64,000 nt of DNA from an uncultured Erysipelotrichaceae bacterium (GTDB lineage: Bacteria; Bacillota_I; Bacilli_A; RF39; UBA660): assembly GCA_902794075.1 (NCBI GenBank), contig CADBGE010000001.1, forward strand, positions 276,477-340,476, written 5' to 3'. Positions 18,375-27,444 of the stretch are shown piece by piece. A program made the translations under genes and the position numbers. The number at the start of each line of letters is the position of its first letter. Within the stretch, counting starts at the first letter, position 1. The notes under the pieces were generated by a model. The model was given only the letters and a program-made list of their open reading frames with translations, made no database searches and was not told the DNA's origin.

Positions 18375-18617
18375 TTAGTTTATTAGTTCAAAATGAGTTT
18401 GATAATTACCACCAAAATTACTACAATCTATATAATCACAAATGTGTGGTTCTCTGTCAAAAAGGTCCTTTCTTTTGCGATAAAAACAACACCTTAGACA
18501 TCTTGATTGAAATTGCTCACTATTACGATACTCATTGTAAAAATACTCCTCGACAGCTTTTACTTCGTGACCAAGAACATTAAGTCTTTTTTCTCCTACT
18601 TTATAATATGTTTTCAT
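18375..18617 (-). CDS. hypothetical Cys-rich protein
   Basis: 80-aa ORF. Confidence 0.5.
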   Translation of the reverse strand: MKTYYKVGEKRLNVLGHEVKAVEEYFYNEYRNSEQFQSRCLRCCFYRKRKDLFDREPHICDYIDCSNFGGNYQTHFELIN

Positions 18618-19243
18618 ATCTTAATAGTTTTAATCTTTTGTGTTTCTGAAATAACAATAATAGCTGTATTCTTGTCGTGTACATAACGCTCAGTATGTGT
18701 TCCACAATTGACAAATATGTCAGTATTATTATTGTCAGACACTCTTAACATAGCATATTCAAGAGTACTATATCTGTCATCTTCAGGATGCAATCCTTTG
18801 CATTCATCATAAATATAAATCTTCTGTGTGCCATCAAAATAGTCAAAACTATGCAGGTAACCTTTCAGCAATCCTCTAATCATTGATTTGTAATGGATAG
18901 GCATTTCTTCTGAACTATTGGCATTCAGTAATTCAACACACCATAATTTTGACCTTCCATTAAGTTCAATAGATACTTTATAGCCTAATGCCATAAGTAC
19001 TTTTTCAACATCACATATAAGTTTATCTATATACCGTGTTGTATTGGTTTGCTCTTTCTCGTTCATATCTTTCTTTATATTATAAATTTTAATATTTTTC
19101 CCACATTCAGGACAAGTAACACAATAATCCCAATCACCTTCCATATCACCTACAAGGTGAATATCTTCAGAACCATATAAAAGTTTTGCGTTGCATTTTG
19201 GGCAACTTATATGTTTTTTCGTATGATTTTTAAGTACTCTCAT
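18614..19243 (-). CDS. hypothetical protein with N-terminal zinc-ribbon
   Basis: 209 aa with CPKCNAKL...CPECGKNIKI. Confidence 0.55.
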   Translation of the reverse strand: MRVLKNHTKKHISCPKCNAKLLYGSEDIHLVGDMEGDWDYCVTCPECGKNIKIYNIKKDMNEKEQTNTTRYIDKLICDVEKVLMALGYKVSIELNGRSKLWCVELLNANSSEEMPIHYKSMIRGLLKGYLHSFDYFDGTQKIYIYDECKGLHPEDDRYSTLEYAMLRVSDNNNTDIFVNCGTHTERYVHDKNTAIIVISETQKIKTIKI

Positions 19244-19250
19244 GTCTTTC

Positions 19251-19454
19251 TTAATCTAACATATCAATATCTTGAGTTGTGTGACCCAATAATTCTTTGT
19301 ATAAATTTAGTTCAGATTCACATACGGAGTGAGTATTATCCATTGTGGATTTAATCCATTTCCACTCATCAAACGTGATAACATTTTTGCTGCCATATCT
19401 TTCAAATGAACTTACTTCATCAAGATATTGTTGATATAATTCTTCCTGTGTCAT
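19251..19454 (-). CDS. hypothetical protein
   Basis: 67-aa ORF. Confidence 0.5.
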   Translation of the reverse strand: MTQEELYQQYLDEVSSFERYGSKNVITFDEWKWIKSTMDNTHSVCESELNLYKELLGHTTQDIDMLD

Positions 19455-19714
19455 AATTCAATTTCTTCTTCTTTTATTATTGGATAATTCTTTTGAACTT
19501 CTATTTTCTTCAGCTCCTCCTGTAATGCATTCTTTAACGCATTAATCGCAACTTCTTTAGAATTATACCATTCATGTAGTATATCATAGCAATGCAAGCT
19601 TCCATCAAATGTAACGCCTTTCCACGGAAGATACCAACGTTTTTTACAAAGTACCTTATAGACAGTATATTCTTTTCCATCATAAAAGGTCTCCGATATT
19701 AATTTATATTTCAT
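19451..19714 (-). CDS. hypothetical protein
   Basis: 87-aa ORF. Confidence 0.5.
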   Translation of the reverse strand: MKYKLISETFYDGKEYTVYKVLCKKRWYLPWKGVTFDGSLHCYDILHEWYNSKEVAINALKNALQEELKKIEVQKNYPIIKEEEIEL

Positions 19715-19731
19715 TGATGTAGTTTTTTGTG

Positions 19732-20166
19732 TTATAGTTCAATTGTCTTTTCAATGCCACAAAGTCGTAATGCATGCTGGAGTTCATGAACTTTTAGAAA
19801 TGAAAATTCGTTTTTATAACTGATTTCATGATCATTAAACTTATCGTAATTTACAATTTCCAATCTCCAATCACCATCGTGACCATCATATAAAGTTATC
19901 TTTATATAACCGTCAGCAGCGCGATTATAATAACGATAACATTCTACATCGTCTTCATCTAATGTTTTTTCAAACATGTTCTTCATAAGAATTTTTGGCG
20001 TGGTGGGAATGGCTTCGATATTCTCAAGTTTTTCTGTTATACCTAATCCATCCAAATTAAGCCACACTATATTCCTGATTGAATCAATTGCATCAATCGT
20101 CAAGATTTCTTTCTGTACATTCTTACGAATGACATAATCTCCAATCATTAACTCGTTTGCTTTCAT
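19732..20166 (-). CDS. hypothetical protein
   Basis: 144-aa ORF. Confidence 0.5.
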   Translation of the reverse strand: MKANELMIGDYVIRKNVQKEILTIDAIDSIRNIVWLNLDGLGITEKLENIEAIPTTPKILMKNMFEKTLDEDDVECYRYYNRAADGYIKITLYDGHDGDWRLEIVNYDKFNDHEISYKNEFSFLKVHELQHALRLCGIEKTIEL

Positions 20167-20182
20167 AATCTTAATTGTTATG

Positions 20183-20225
20183 TAATTACAAATCTAAAAT
20201 AGATATATCTGATTAAAAATTCAAA
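20183..20225 (-). promoter_or_regulatory. promoter-like motif copy (variant)
   Basis: aaattcaaa at 20217-20225 with gtaattacaaatctaaaatag upstream of the ATG at 20166. Confidence 0.45.
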
Positions 20226-20273
20226 GTCAAATTGTTAATTATTTGTTAAATTTTATTCTTGCATCATAGTTGT

Positions 20274-20531
20274 TTATTCAGGTTCTTGTATTGTTTCATT
20301 TATACTTATCTTATATAATATGTCCATAAATTTACTTTTTTCATCTTCCGATAATTCATTCCAATGAACCAGTTCACAATATTTCAAATGACATGCTTCA
20401 GTATATGTTTCATCCTTTGAATAGTTTGCAACGCATCCATCAAAATTGTCTTCACAATTTTCATTAAATGCACAGTTTTCACAACGAATAGTGTCATCTG
20501 CTGCTTCTAATAATTTTTTATCATATTTCAT
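20274..20531 (-). CDS. Cys-rich small protein, paralog of 15032-15268
   Basis: 85 aa with the shared DTIRCxxCAF..xCEDxFxxCxANY block. Confidence 0.55.
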   Translation of the reverse strand: MKYDKKLLEAADDTIRCENCAFNENCEDNFDGCVANYSKDETYTEACHLKYCELVHWNELSEDEKSKFMDILYKISINETIQEPE

Positions 20532-20559
20532 AATTCAATCTACCATCATTTTTTTAATT

Positions 20560-23028
20560 TCACCTTTCATAAATGGTTTTAAATGAATATCTCTCATCAA
20601 TGTCTGAACACAATTCAAGATGAGTTTTATCTTCAGCTATATCATATACTTTATAATACCAATCGCCCAAACATTCAATATTTAATATTTTATACAAAGT
20701 ACCGTAATTGTCTGTAATCAATTGACCAATACAAAACTTTGGTGTGATTTTTAAGGTTTGTTTACTTAGCTCTTTCTTCTCACTGTTCCACTCCCAGCCA
20801 GCTTGAGTCATCTCTTCAAAAAGCAGGTCACGTTGTTCTTTTGTTGCTGGAATTAAATCATTTGAGTTAATTATATTTCCATTTTCAAAATCTGCATAAA
20901 AGAAGCTATCATCATAACGACAATGCAAGAAACAATAAGAATGGTCATTACAACTGCCACCATCAGAATGATGACCTATACTTTGGAATATTCCAATAGT
21001 CCCATCTGATTTGTCAGCAACCACATCTCCATCTCTAGCGTCAGAGATTGTCCATTTGTGCCATTTATGTTCACTATCAAACGAAATGTCATAAAATAAA
21101 CCATTTTCATCAGATACAACATATCCTTTATCAATCATGTTGAACAAAGTAGTGTCATCAGACGAACATCTGATTTCCTCAACACGGCGGACAATTTTCC
21201 CAAACGAATCTTCTGTAACAATCCATTCACCAACATTGAACTTAGGCTCAAATTTATTCAATTCTTTCTTCTCATTGTCCCATTCCCAACCAGCTTCTTT
21301 CATTTTTTGGAATAATAGTTCACGTTGTTCTTTGGTTGCGGGATGCGTTTTTTCATTTTTATGTTTTACTGTGAAATATTGAAAACCTCCGTTATTCACT
21401 AAAGAACAAGAAGACATCCAATCAAAATCATAACATTTGTCGAATATACCGATGTTTCCGTATGCATCTACAAGCGCATCGCCGTGTTTTGCGTCATCGA
21501 TTGACCAAAGATGATAAATATTAACATCATCACTACCAATATAACCACCATTTGTAAGGTCATACCCGTACTCATGATTATTGAGGCTTTCGCTACAATT
21601 TTTAATTTGATAGGCTAACCCCGTAACTTCATTAACAACCCAATCACCATTATGGAACTTTGGTTTGACTTTCTTCAATTCTTTCTTCTTATTGTCATAT
21701 TCATATCCTTTTTCTTTCATCTTTGTAAACAACAGGTGATGCTGTTCTTTGGTGGCGGGATGTAAATTGGCTGTCCATGTTTTAGAATAATACGGTACTT
21801 CTTCCTGAAATGCTAATTTTCCATTTTTAAATGTGTTACCATATCCCTCAACACACGGCATACTATATAATCCTTTTACACCTTTATTATGATATTTCTT
21901 GAAAATTATAATTTTTTCCCAGGAATCATCACCTTCATGCCAATTTATAGAAAGGATATCACCTTCCTTCGCGTCAGCGATTTCCCACAATTTGAAATTA
22001 TCATACAAATCTTTAACGATTGCTATGTGGCACCCATATTCATTTTGTAAGCACCCTTCTTGTGCACAATAATACGCAGTATTCTTATCAAAAGTAACAC
22101 CTTTACCAAAGAAGTCTTTAATACATTGATACCAATTTCCAACATGAAACTTTGACTCAACTTTATCAGAAGACTTCTGCTTCATGTTTATTGGTGGAAA
22201 TTCATAATTATCTTGATCTTTAATGGCAATTAACTCATTAGTGCAATGATAATATTCATTATCAATAGACACAACTACAGGCATACCGTCTGTATAACCA
22301 TTAGCAGCCTCACGCCATGTTCTCATTGTGTCACCTTCATGAAACTTCGGTTCAACTTTGTCAGCAGGCTTTACACAATTCTGATCATCAACCTTTTCTT
22401 CTTTGACTGCTTCAAGTGCTGATTTGCCTTGTGGTTTCTCACTTTGCTTTTCAATATTACCATATTTTTCTTGCAATTTTTTAGCAATACGTTCGGTATC
22501 TGGATTATCAAGATAATTACCAATACCATCTTTTTCAGTGAGAACCATATCAACAATATATTTCCAAATACGTAAGTCTGAAAAATTGGATTTATTTTTA
22601 CTTTGCTTGTCAATCCAGCAGTCATATTCCGCTAGTATCTCGTCAGATGTTTTGCCCTTAACAGGAGTATAAAATCCATTAAATGCAAGAACAACATCAC
22701 CTTGCTTCAGTGCTTGTTTAACAGCATTTTCAATCATTGTACCTGCTACTGGTCTAAAGACATATTCATTGTTTGAATCCTGTTTTTCAAGCCAAGTTAT
22801 CCATTTTAATATTTTTTCAGCTCCTTCTTTTGTTACGCATCTTGTATTTTTGAAATGCGTGATAAGTTCTTTCCTTATCTTCTCATCCTCACTTTTGAGT
22901 TCGGGAAATACATATTCTCCTATTTCTATTGAACTTGTAGTAGCATTATCCATTGTTATAATTTCTTTCATTTTAGAAATTGCCTCATCATAGCGTTTGG
23001 CTTTATCTTTTATTGATAACTCTTTCAT
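20560..23028 (-). CDS. large modular repeat-family protein
   Basis: 822 aa. N-terminal AKRYDEAISKM...FPELKSEDEKIRK...WLEKQ module, then at least four beta-rich units (KFH.GD..., W.I.DA..GD.L) alternating with three near-identical helices (H/I)PATKEQ..LLF..M...G(W/Y)E(W/Y)(D/N)...KEL. Confidence 0.65.
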   Translation of the reverse strand: MKELSIKDKAKRYDEAISKMKEIITMDNATTSSIEIGEYVFPELKSEDEKIRKELITHFKNTRCVTKEGAEKILKWITWLEKQDSNNEYVFRPVAGTMIENAVKQALKQGDVVLAFNGFYTPVKGKTSDEILAEYDCWIDKQSKNKSNFSDLRIWKYIVDMVLTEKDGIGNYLDNPDTERIAKKLQEKYGNIEKQSEKPQGKSALEAVKEEKVDDQNCVKPADKVEPKFHEGDTMRTWREAANGYTDGMPVVVSIDNEYYHCTNELIAIKDQDNYEFPPINMKQKSSDKVESKFHVGNWYQCIKDFFGKGVTFDKNTAYYCAQEGCLQNEYGCHIAIVKDLYDNFKLWEIADAKEGDILSINWHEGDDSWEKIIIFKKYHNKGVKGLYSMPCVEGYGNTFKNGKLAFQEEVPYYSKTWTANLHPATKEQHHLLFTKMKEKGYEYDNKKKELKKVKPKFHNGDWVVNEVTGLAYQIKNCSESLNNHEYGYDLTNGGYIGSDDVNIYHLWSIDDAKHGDALVDAYGNIGIFDKCYDFDWMSSCSLVNNGGFQYFTVKHKNEKTHPATKEQRELLFQKMKEAGWEWDNEKKELNKFEPKFNVGEWIVTEDSFGKIVRRVEEIRCSSDDTTLFNMIDKGYVVSDENGLFYDISFDSEHKWHKWTISDARDGDVVADKSDGTIGIFQSIGHHSDGGSCNDHSYCFLHCRYDDSFFYADFENGNIINSNDLIPATKEQRDLLFEEMTQAGWEWNSEKKELSKQTLKITPKFCIGQLITDNYGTLYKILNIECLGDWYYKVYDIAEDKTHLELCSDIDERYSFKTIYER

Positions 23029-23231
23029 ATTCTGTTTTCTATTATATAATCTTTAATAAGTTTAAGTTGATTGTATGTAAATAAATCCATACGTCTAATC
23101 ATATCAGATATAATATCATATTCTCCCTTTGAATTTATTGGCTGAGTATATGCACAAAGTCTTGAGTGATTCATACCAGCTTCTACAAATTCAAGTAGTT
23201 TATCGGCATCTATAATATGAGACATAATCAC
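23025..23231 (-). CDS. hypothetical protein
   Basis: 68-aa ORF. Confidence 0.5.
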   Translation of the reverse strand: MIMSHIIDADKLLEFVEAGMNHSRLCAYTQPINSKGEYDIISDMIRRMDLFTYNQLKLIKDYIIENRI

Positions 23232-23602
23232 AATAGTTCTTGTTCATTCAACATCAGTATTATCTTAACACAAGCGTCAATGGCATTGTCTTCTGAAAAT
23301 CCTTGTACACATTTAATATCACTAAGAATTGAATTATGGTTTTCTATAACAACATATTCTGAAACTTTCCATCCAACACCAGCTTCATGCTCAAGGTATA
23401 TATCTGGTTTTAGAAAATCAAGCAGAGCACTAAGTGACCAACACGGAATATCGCTCTCTAATGTTGCGACGAAACAATATGGTTGATATTCATGTGTATC
23501 ATTTGAATTATACGCTACAATTCTATAACACATGTCAGCGGTCTTTAGTGGCAGTATCTCTGCCAACTTCTTTGATTGTTCTATATCCGTATATGATTTC
23601 AT
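23228..23602 (-). CDS. hypothetical protein, distant third member of the MTNICTS family
   Basis: 124 aa. SYTDIEQSKKLAEILPLKTADM...PCWSLSALLDFL...AIDACVKIIL parallels 8643-9032 and 9052-9453. Confidence 0.55.
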   Translation of the reverse strand: MKSYTDIEQSKKLAEILPLKTADMCYRIVAYNSNDTHEYQPYCFVATLESDIPCWSLSALLDFLKPDIYLEHEAGVGWKVSEYVVIENHNSILSDIKCVQGFSEDNAIDACVKIILMLNEQELL

Positions 23603-23729
23603 AATCTTCTAATAAATCAATTAAATCACTAAAATATATTCCAACAAAAGGGTCTTCTTCTCTATAATCTGCAATACACTTTTTGTTATAAAGTATATTG
23701 CGTAATTTTTCTTTTTCTTCTTGTGTCAT
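23535..23729 (-). CDS. hypothetical protein
   Basis: 64-aa ORF. The 68-nt overlap with the next gene makes its 3' end uncertain. Confidence 0.4.
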   Translation of the reverse strand: MTQEEKEKLRNILYNKKCIADYREEDPFVGIYFSDLIDLLEDYEIIYGYRTIKEVGRDTATKDR

Positions 23730-23878
23730 ATCTCTTTTATTCTAATGCATAATTGTGCATCAAGAAATAACCAATCAACTTCATAATTATTTTCTTGATT
23801 GTCAGATATATTCAATAAACTATTTTCAGCTGCTTTTTTAAGTAAGTCTAATAACAGTTCTTTATCTTCTTGTGACAT
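23726..23878 (-). CDS. small hypothetical protein (below cutoff)
   Basis: Own translation MSQEDKELLLDLLKKAAENSLLNISDNQENNYEVDWLFLDAQLCIRIKEI*, with an ATGA overlap on the next gene. Confidence 0.35.
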   Translation of the reverse strand: MSQEDKELLLDLLKKAAENSLLNISDNQENNYEVDWLFLDAQLCIRIKEI

Positions 23879-23882
23879 AATT

Positions 23883-24050
23883 TTATGAATTATAAATTCC
23901 TCTATTAATTAAATTGTTCATTTCTCTTTCAAAATATTCACATTGATATGGCAATACATTATCTATCCACTTATCTATAAGATGCCTATATTTGACATGC
24001 CAACTTGTTCGACAACGCCATTGCAAATATGTTCTAAGTTCTTTTGTCAT
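23883..24050 (-). CDS. small hypothetical protein (below cutoff)
   Basis: Own translation MTKELRTYLQWRCRTSWHVKYRHLIDKWIDNVLPYQCEYFEREMNNLINRGIYNS*. Confidence 0.35.
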   Translation of the reverse strand: MTKELRTYLQWRCRTSWHVKYRHLIDKWIDNVLPYQCEYFEREMNNLINRGIYNS

Positions 24051-24054
24051 AATC

Positions 24055-24315
24055 TTATTTTTCTTTTAATTGTTCGACTAATTCTGTCAATTCATTCTTT
24101 CTGCGCTGAGCGCAGAATCTACAATTGCCTTTATGAGCAAGATAACCATATCCTTGATACCCACTAGATTCTCTCCTATTAAGATACTCGCAACTATCTA
24201 TAACAACAATATTGAAACCATTTAAACGTTTTGCTTCTTCTATCTCAGCATCTGTTTTATATTCGCACCCCATCATTATCAAAACAGTTAATACCAATAT
24301 GATAATCTTTTTCAT
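24055..24315 (-). CDS. putative lipoprotein
   Basis: 86 aa. MKKIIILVLTVLIMMGC is a signal peptide followed by a lipobox-like Cys. Confidence 0.6.
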   Translation of the reverse strand: MKKIIILVLTVLIMMGCEYKTDAEIEEAKRLNGFNIVVIDSCEYLNRRESSGYQGYGYLAHKGNCRFCAQRRKNELTELVEQLKEK

Positions 24316-24336
24316 AGTTAAAATTTAATAGTTTCA

Positions 24337-24612
24337 TTAGATACATCCTCCACAGCATCCATACTCAACATTCTCGTTGACAACACGAGCAATCTCATCT
24401 TTGTAAGGTTCCAATTCTGAATGCTCAGATAAGTCTACTTCCCAATCGCCTTGTGTAGCCCACATATTATAATCATCGTCTTTACAGATGTAACCACCGC
24501 TCATCATAGCATGATTAAAACTATACAACTTTCCATTAACTCTGATTTTGAGAGTTCCCATACACAGGCATGGATATTTTCCGTCGTACGATACAAATTC
24601 TATTGTTGTCAT
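24337..24612 (-). CDS. hypothetical Cys-rich protein (start trimmed)
   Basis: The track start at 24684 runs through the promoter motif. MTTIEFVSYDG... at 24612 is the plausible start. Confidence 0.5.
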   Translation of the reverse strand: MTTIEFVSYDGKYPCLCMGTLKIRVNGKLYSFNHAMMSGGYICKDDDYNMWATQGDWEVDLSEHSELEPYKDEIARVVNENVEYGCCGGCI

Positions 24613-24646
24613 GATCTTAAGTTTTAATGTTGTTTTCAATTTAATT

Positions 24647-24685
24647 TGTATAAATAAAATAAAAATGTTTCTTGAAAAATTCAAA
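24647..24685 (-). promoter_or_regulatory. promoter-like motif copy (variant)
   Basis: aaattcaaa at 24677-24685 with tttgtataaataaaataaaaatg. Confidence 0.45.
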
Positions 24686-24722
24686 GAACATTCATATTAT
24701 TTTAGTTATTATTTTTTTAATG

Positions 24723-24905
24723 TTACTTAATATGATGACGCTGATGACGTTGTTGACACAAGCATTTATATGCATTAATGAAATTGTTACCTATGTGTTT
24801 GACTTTATCATTTTCATTCAATGCTCTTTTAATCGCTCCACTAAAATCCTTTTCACCAGGTTTAACACCATATAGTGATGCATAATCTATATACGGATAA
24901 TTCAT
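24723..24905 (-). CDS. hypothetical protein
   Basis: 60-aa ORF on the coding strand with no overlap. Confidence 0.45.
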   Translation of the reverse strand: MNYPYIDYASLYGVKPGEKDFSGAIKRALNENDKVKHIGNNFINAYKCLCQQRHQRHHIK

Positions 24906-24908
24906 TTT

Positions 24909-25151
24909 TTAACTATTATGATTATGATAATTTCTAGAACTTGCCCATGCAAACTCTACGCATGTTTTAATTACATCGTTAATAGATGGTTTTGAGCCTT
25001 CCTCACAAAAATATTTTTTGTTTGTTTTGTATTCATTAATTAAAAATTCTGTAGCATGTTTTATTTCTGTTTCTTCCTTTAAAATTTTTTTAAAATTAAC
25101 TACATACTTTTCTGCATCAGCAAAAATCTGTGAAATATCAGTATTTTCCAT
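24909..25151 (-). CDS. hypothetical protein
   Basis: 80-aa ORF. Confidence 0.5.
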   Translation of the reverse strand: MENTDISQIFADAEKYVVNFKKILKEETEIKHATEFLINEYKTNKKYFCEEGSKPSINDVIKTCVEFAWASSRNYHNHNS

Positions 25152-25167
25152 AAATTTAAATTTTTAA

Positions 25168-25401
25168 TTATTCACATCCAAAATTTTTAATTAAATCATT
25201 TATTAATTCTTCATTTGAATTAGGATAATCATGTTCCAAATCCATATTTGTTTTTAACCATTTAACAATTTCATCACATGCAAATTCCATTCCTGTTCTA
25301 AATAATTCCTCTGATGTGCATTGGCAATAGCCATTATCATCAAGCATTCCTAAATCATCAAGAATGTCTTGTATCTTATGATTACTTATATTCCAATTCA
25401 T
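25168..25401 (-). CDS. hypothetical protein
   Basis: 77-aa ORF. Confidence 0.5.
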   Translation of the reverse strand: MNWNISNHKIQDILDDLGMLDDNGYCQCTSEELFRTGMEFACDEIVKWLKTNMDLEHDYPNSNEELINDLIKNFGCE

Positions 25402-25414
25402 AATCTTATTTGTT

Positions 25415-25687
25415 TCATTTTACTTCAACGATTAATGTACGATATGATATCATATGATCCTTTTTAGGGAAATATGATTTGACAAGCTTCAGCATTTGCT
25501 CACGATTTTCTTTTTCTTGTTCAGTATATATTGAATAGTCACTAAATTTCATTGCATTAAGAACATCAGAAGATGTGAAGATAACGATTTTTCCATGATG
25601 GTCAACATCAATTTTAGTAACATAATCATATGAATCTCCATTATGTTCTTTAATTTTTACCTCTATGACTTTATAACTTTGTTTCAT
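25415..25687 (-). CDS. hypothetical protein
   Basis: 90-aa ORF. Confidence 0.5.
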   Translation of the reverse strand: MKQSYKVIEVKIKEHNGDSYDYVTKIDVDHHGKIVIFTSSDVLNAMKFSDYSIYTEQEKENREQMLKLVKSYFPKKDHMISYRTLIVEVK

Positions 25688-25697
25688 ATTCTTAACT

Positions 25698-26501
25698 TTA
25701 CTTTGTTACTACAAATTCATATTCCTCACCAACGTATCCTCCTGAAACACAAACTTTAGTGCCAATAGGAAGTTTCCACTTTCTGATTTTTCTTTTAAGT
25801 GCTGTTATTGTTTTTACATGTGCAGTATTTGATGTCCATTTTGAAACAACAAATTCATCCATAAAATCCCATGTATCTGTATCATCACTATACCACATAG
25901 AATCATATTTGTCATTTGTATTTTCTACAGTTACCCACCATAATCCCTTTAATGGTCTTTCAAAAGGAATTGTTTTCTTTCCGTTCGGTGACTTAATCAA
26001 TCTGAAATGAGCTCCATACTCAACATCAGTGCGATATGGTGAAACATACAATTCTGCATCAAGGATTTCTTCATAAGATGATTTTTCAAGACCTTTAATT
26101 GTCATTGTGCCGTCCTCATTGAAGATGAAATCCTCAAGTTTGGCCCAAAATGGTGCACCATCTTTATCAGGATCATAATTCTTTACATTTTCATAAAACT
26201 CACGGATTCGTTCCTGTGACCAATATCCATAATTGATCATAAGATCTTTCTGAACACTTTCGATTGGGCAGTTACGGATGATGTACGCATCAACATAATA
26301 CGGTGCAGAATATACTGGGTGAGTTACATTTTCTCCATTTTTGTCAAACCAACTCTCCTTATCCCAATAATCAAAGAAATATTCCATCAATGAAACTTCT
26401 TTTCCATACTTATCGCGCAATTTTGGCTGTGCCTTCAACCAATTACGAAACTGTATATATTCGTCGTATGAATTAACATAAATTTTATCAATAGCTGCCA
26501 T
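25698..26501 (-). CDS. hypothetical protein
   Basis: 267-aa ORF. Confidence 0.55.
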   Translation of the reverse strand: MAAIDKIYVNSYDEYIQFRNWLKAQPKLRDKYGKEVSLMEYFFDYWDKESWFDKNGENVTHPVYSAPYYVDAYIIRNCPIESVQKDLMINYGYWSQERIREFYENVKNYDPDKDGAPFWAKLEDFIFNEDGTMTIKGLEKSSYEEILDAELYVSPYRTDVEYGAHFRLIKSPNGKKTIPFERPLKGLWWVTVENTNDKYDSMWYSDDTDTWDFMDEFVVSKWTSNTAHVKTITALKRKIRKWKLPIGTKVCVSGGYVGEEYEFVVTK

Positions 26502-26506
26502 AATCT

Positions 26507-26779
26507 TTAAATTTTTTCTATTAGTTCAAAAAACATTTTAACGATAACATTATAATTTTTCTGCTCATCATCATTCAATTCCCATGGACGATTACTTACT
26601 GAATTAATATCATAATCATCGCCAGATTTTTCTGCAAATGAAAGAACATAACAATAATCTTTTCCTTGACTATCTTTTCGCCATTTGATAATTTCATACA
26701 TGTCATCCTTATTTTCAAAACCTTTATAAGGACGAACCTCAATGTCATCAATACGAATATTAATATTTTTCATAATCAT
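26507..26779 (-). CDS. hypothetical protein
   Basis: 90-aa ORF, first gene after a promoter-motif copy. Confidence 0.5.
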   Translation of the reverse strand: MIMKNINIRIDDIEVRPYKGFENKDDMYEIIKWRKDSQGKDYCYVLSFAEKSGDDYDINSVSNRPWELNDDEQKNYNVIVKMFFELIEKI

Positions 26780-26788
26780 ATTTTTTAA

Positions 26789-26829
26789 ATTACGATTATA
26801 AAATATATAAATGATTAGGAAAATTCAAA
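26789..26829 (-). promoter_or_regulatory. 41-bp conserved promoter motif, class copy 5
   Basis: attacgattataaaatatataaatg...aaattcaaa with 32-nt spacing. Confidence 0.6.
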
Positions 26830-26832
26830 AAA

Positions 26833-27306
26833 TTATGATTTATCTTTATAATAATTTACCCATTTACGAAATGCTTTATCATGTTTTTCACGGTATTCGT
26901 CATATTTATTCATAAATTCATCAAACGTGATTTCCTCAAATGAATTCACAAATTTCTCAATGAATGTTTCACCAATGTTAGACCATTGATTATCTACATC
27001 AACGGTAAGCCAACACATATCGGAATAGTCTTCTTCAAATTCTCCGTAAAAACCACAAAACTCAAAAACATATTTTTTATCACTTCTATCATACCATAAA
27101 TCATGAACAATACCATACCAATCCTGACTTTGTTCAAACCAATGCTTAAAATGATATGGAGTATTCTTCTTAAGAGCTGATGTAACTTTAGTAACTTTTA
27201 ACTTTGATTCTTTATCACGAAGAATTTGTATTTGATCATAAAGTTCTCCAATCTTATCCTCTAATTCCTGATATTCTTTATTTATCATTGAAATGTTATC
27301 GCTCAT
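26833..27306 (-). CDS. hypothetical protein
   Basis: 157-aa ORF with an N-terminal coiled-coil-like stretch. Confidence 0.55.
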   Translation of the reverse strand: MSDNISMINKEYQELEDKIGELYDQIQILRDKESKLKVTKVTSALKKNTPYHFKHWFEQSQDWYGIVHDLWYDRSDKKYVFEFCGFYGEFEEDYSDMCWLTVDVDNQWSNIGETFIEKFVNSFEEITFDEFMNKYDEYREKHDKAFRKWVNYYKDKS

Positions 27307-27370
27307 AATAATTTAATTTTTAATAATTATGTACTAAAATCTATATAATTTATAAACTATTGTAAAATTT

Positions 27371-27419
27371 ATATTATATAATATAGTATTTTTTCATAAG
27401 AAATTCAAATTTAGACATA
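27371..27419 (-). promoter_or_regulatory. promoter-like motif copy (variant), marks the phage side of the IS junction
   Basis: aaattcaaa at 27411-27419 with tatattatataatatag upstream of the ATG at 27306. Confidence 0.45.
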
Positions 27420-27444
27420 CATTTTTAAACATTTTAACACACAT

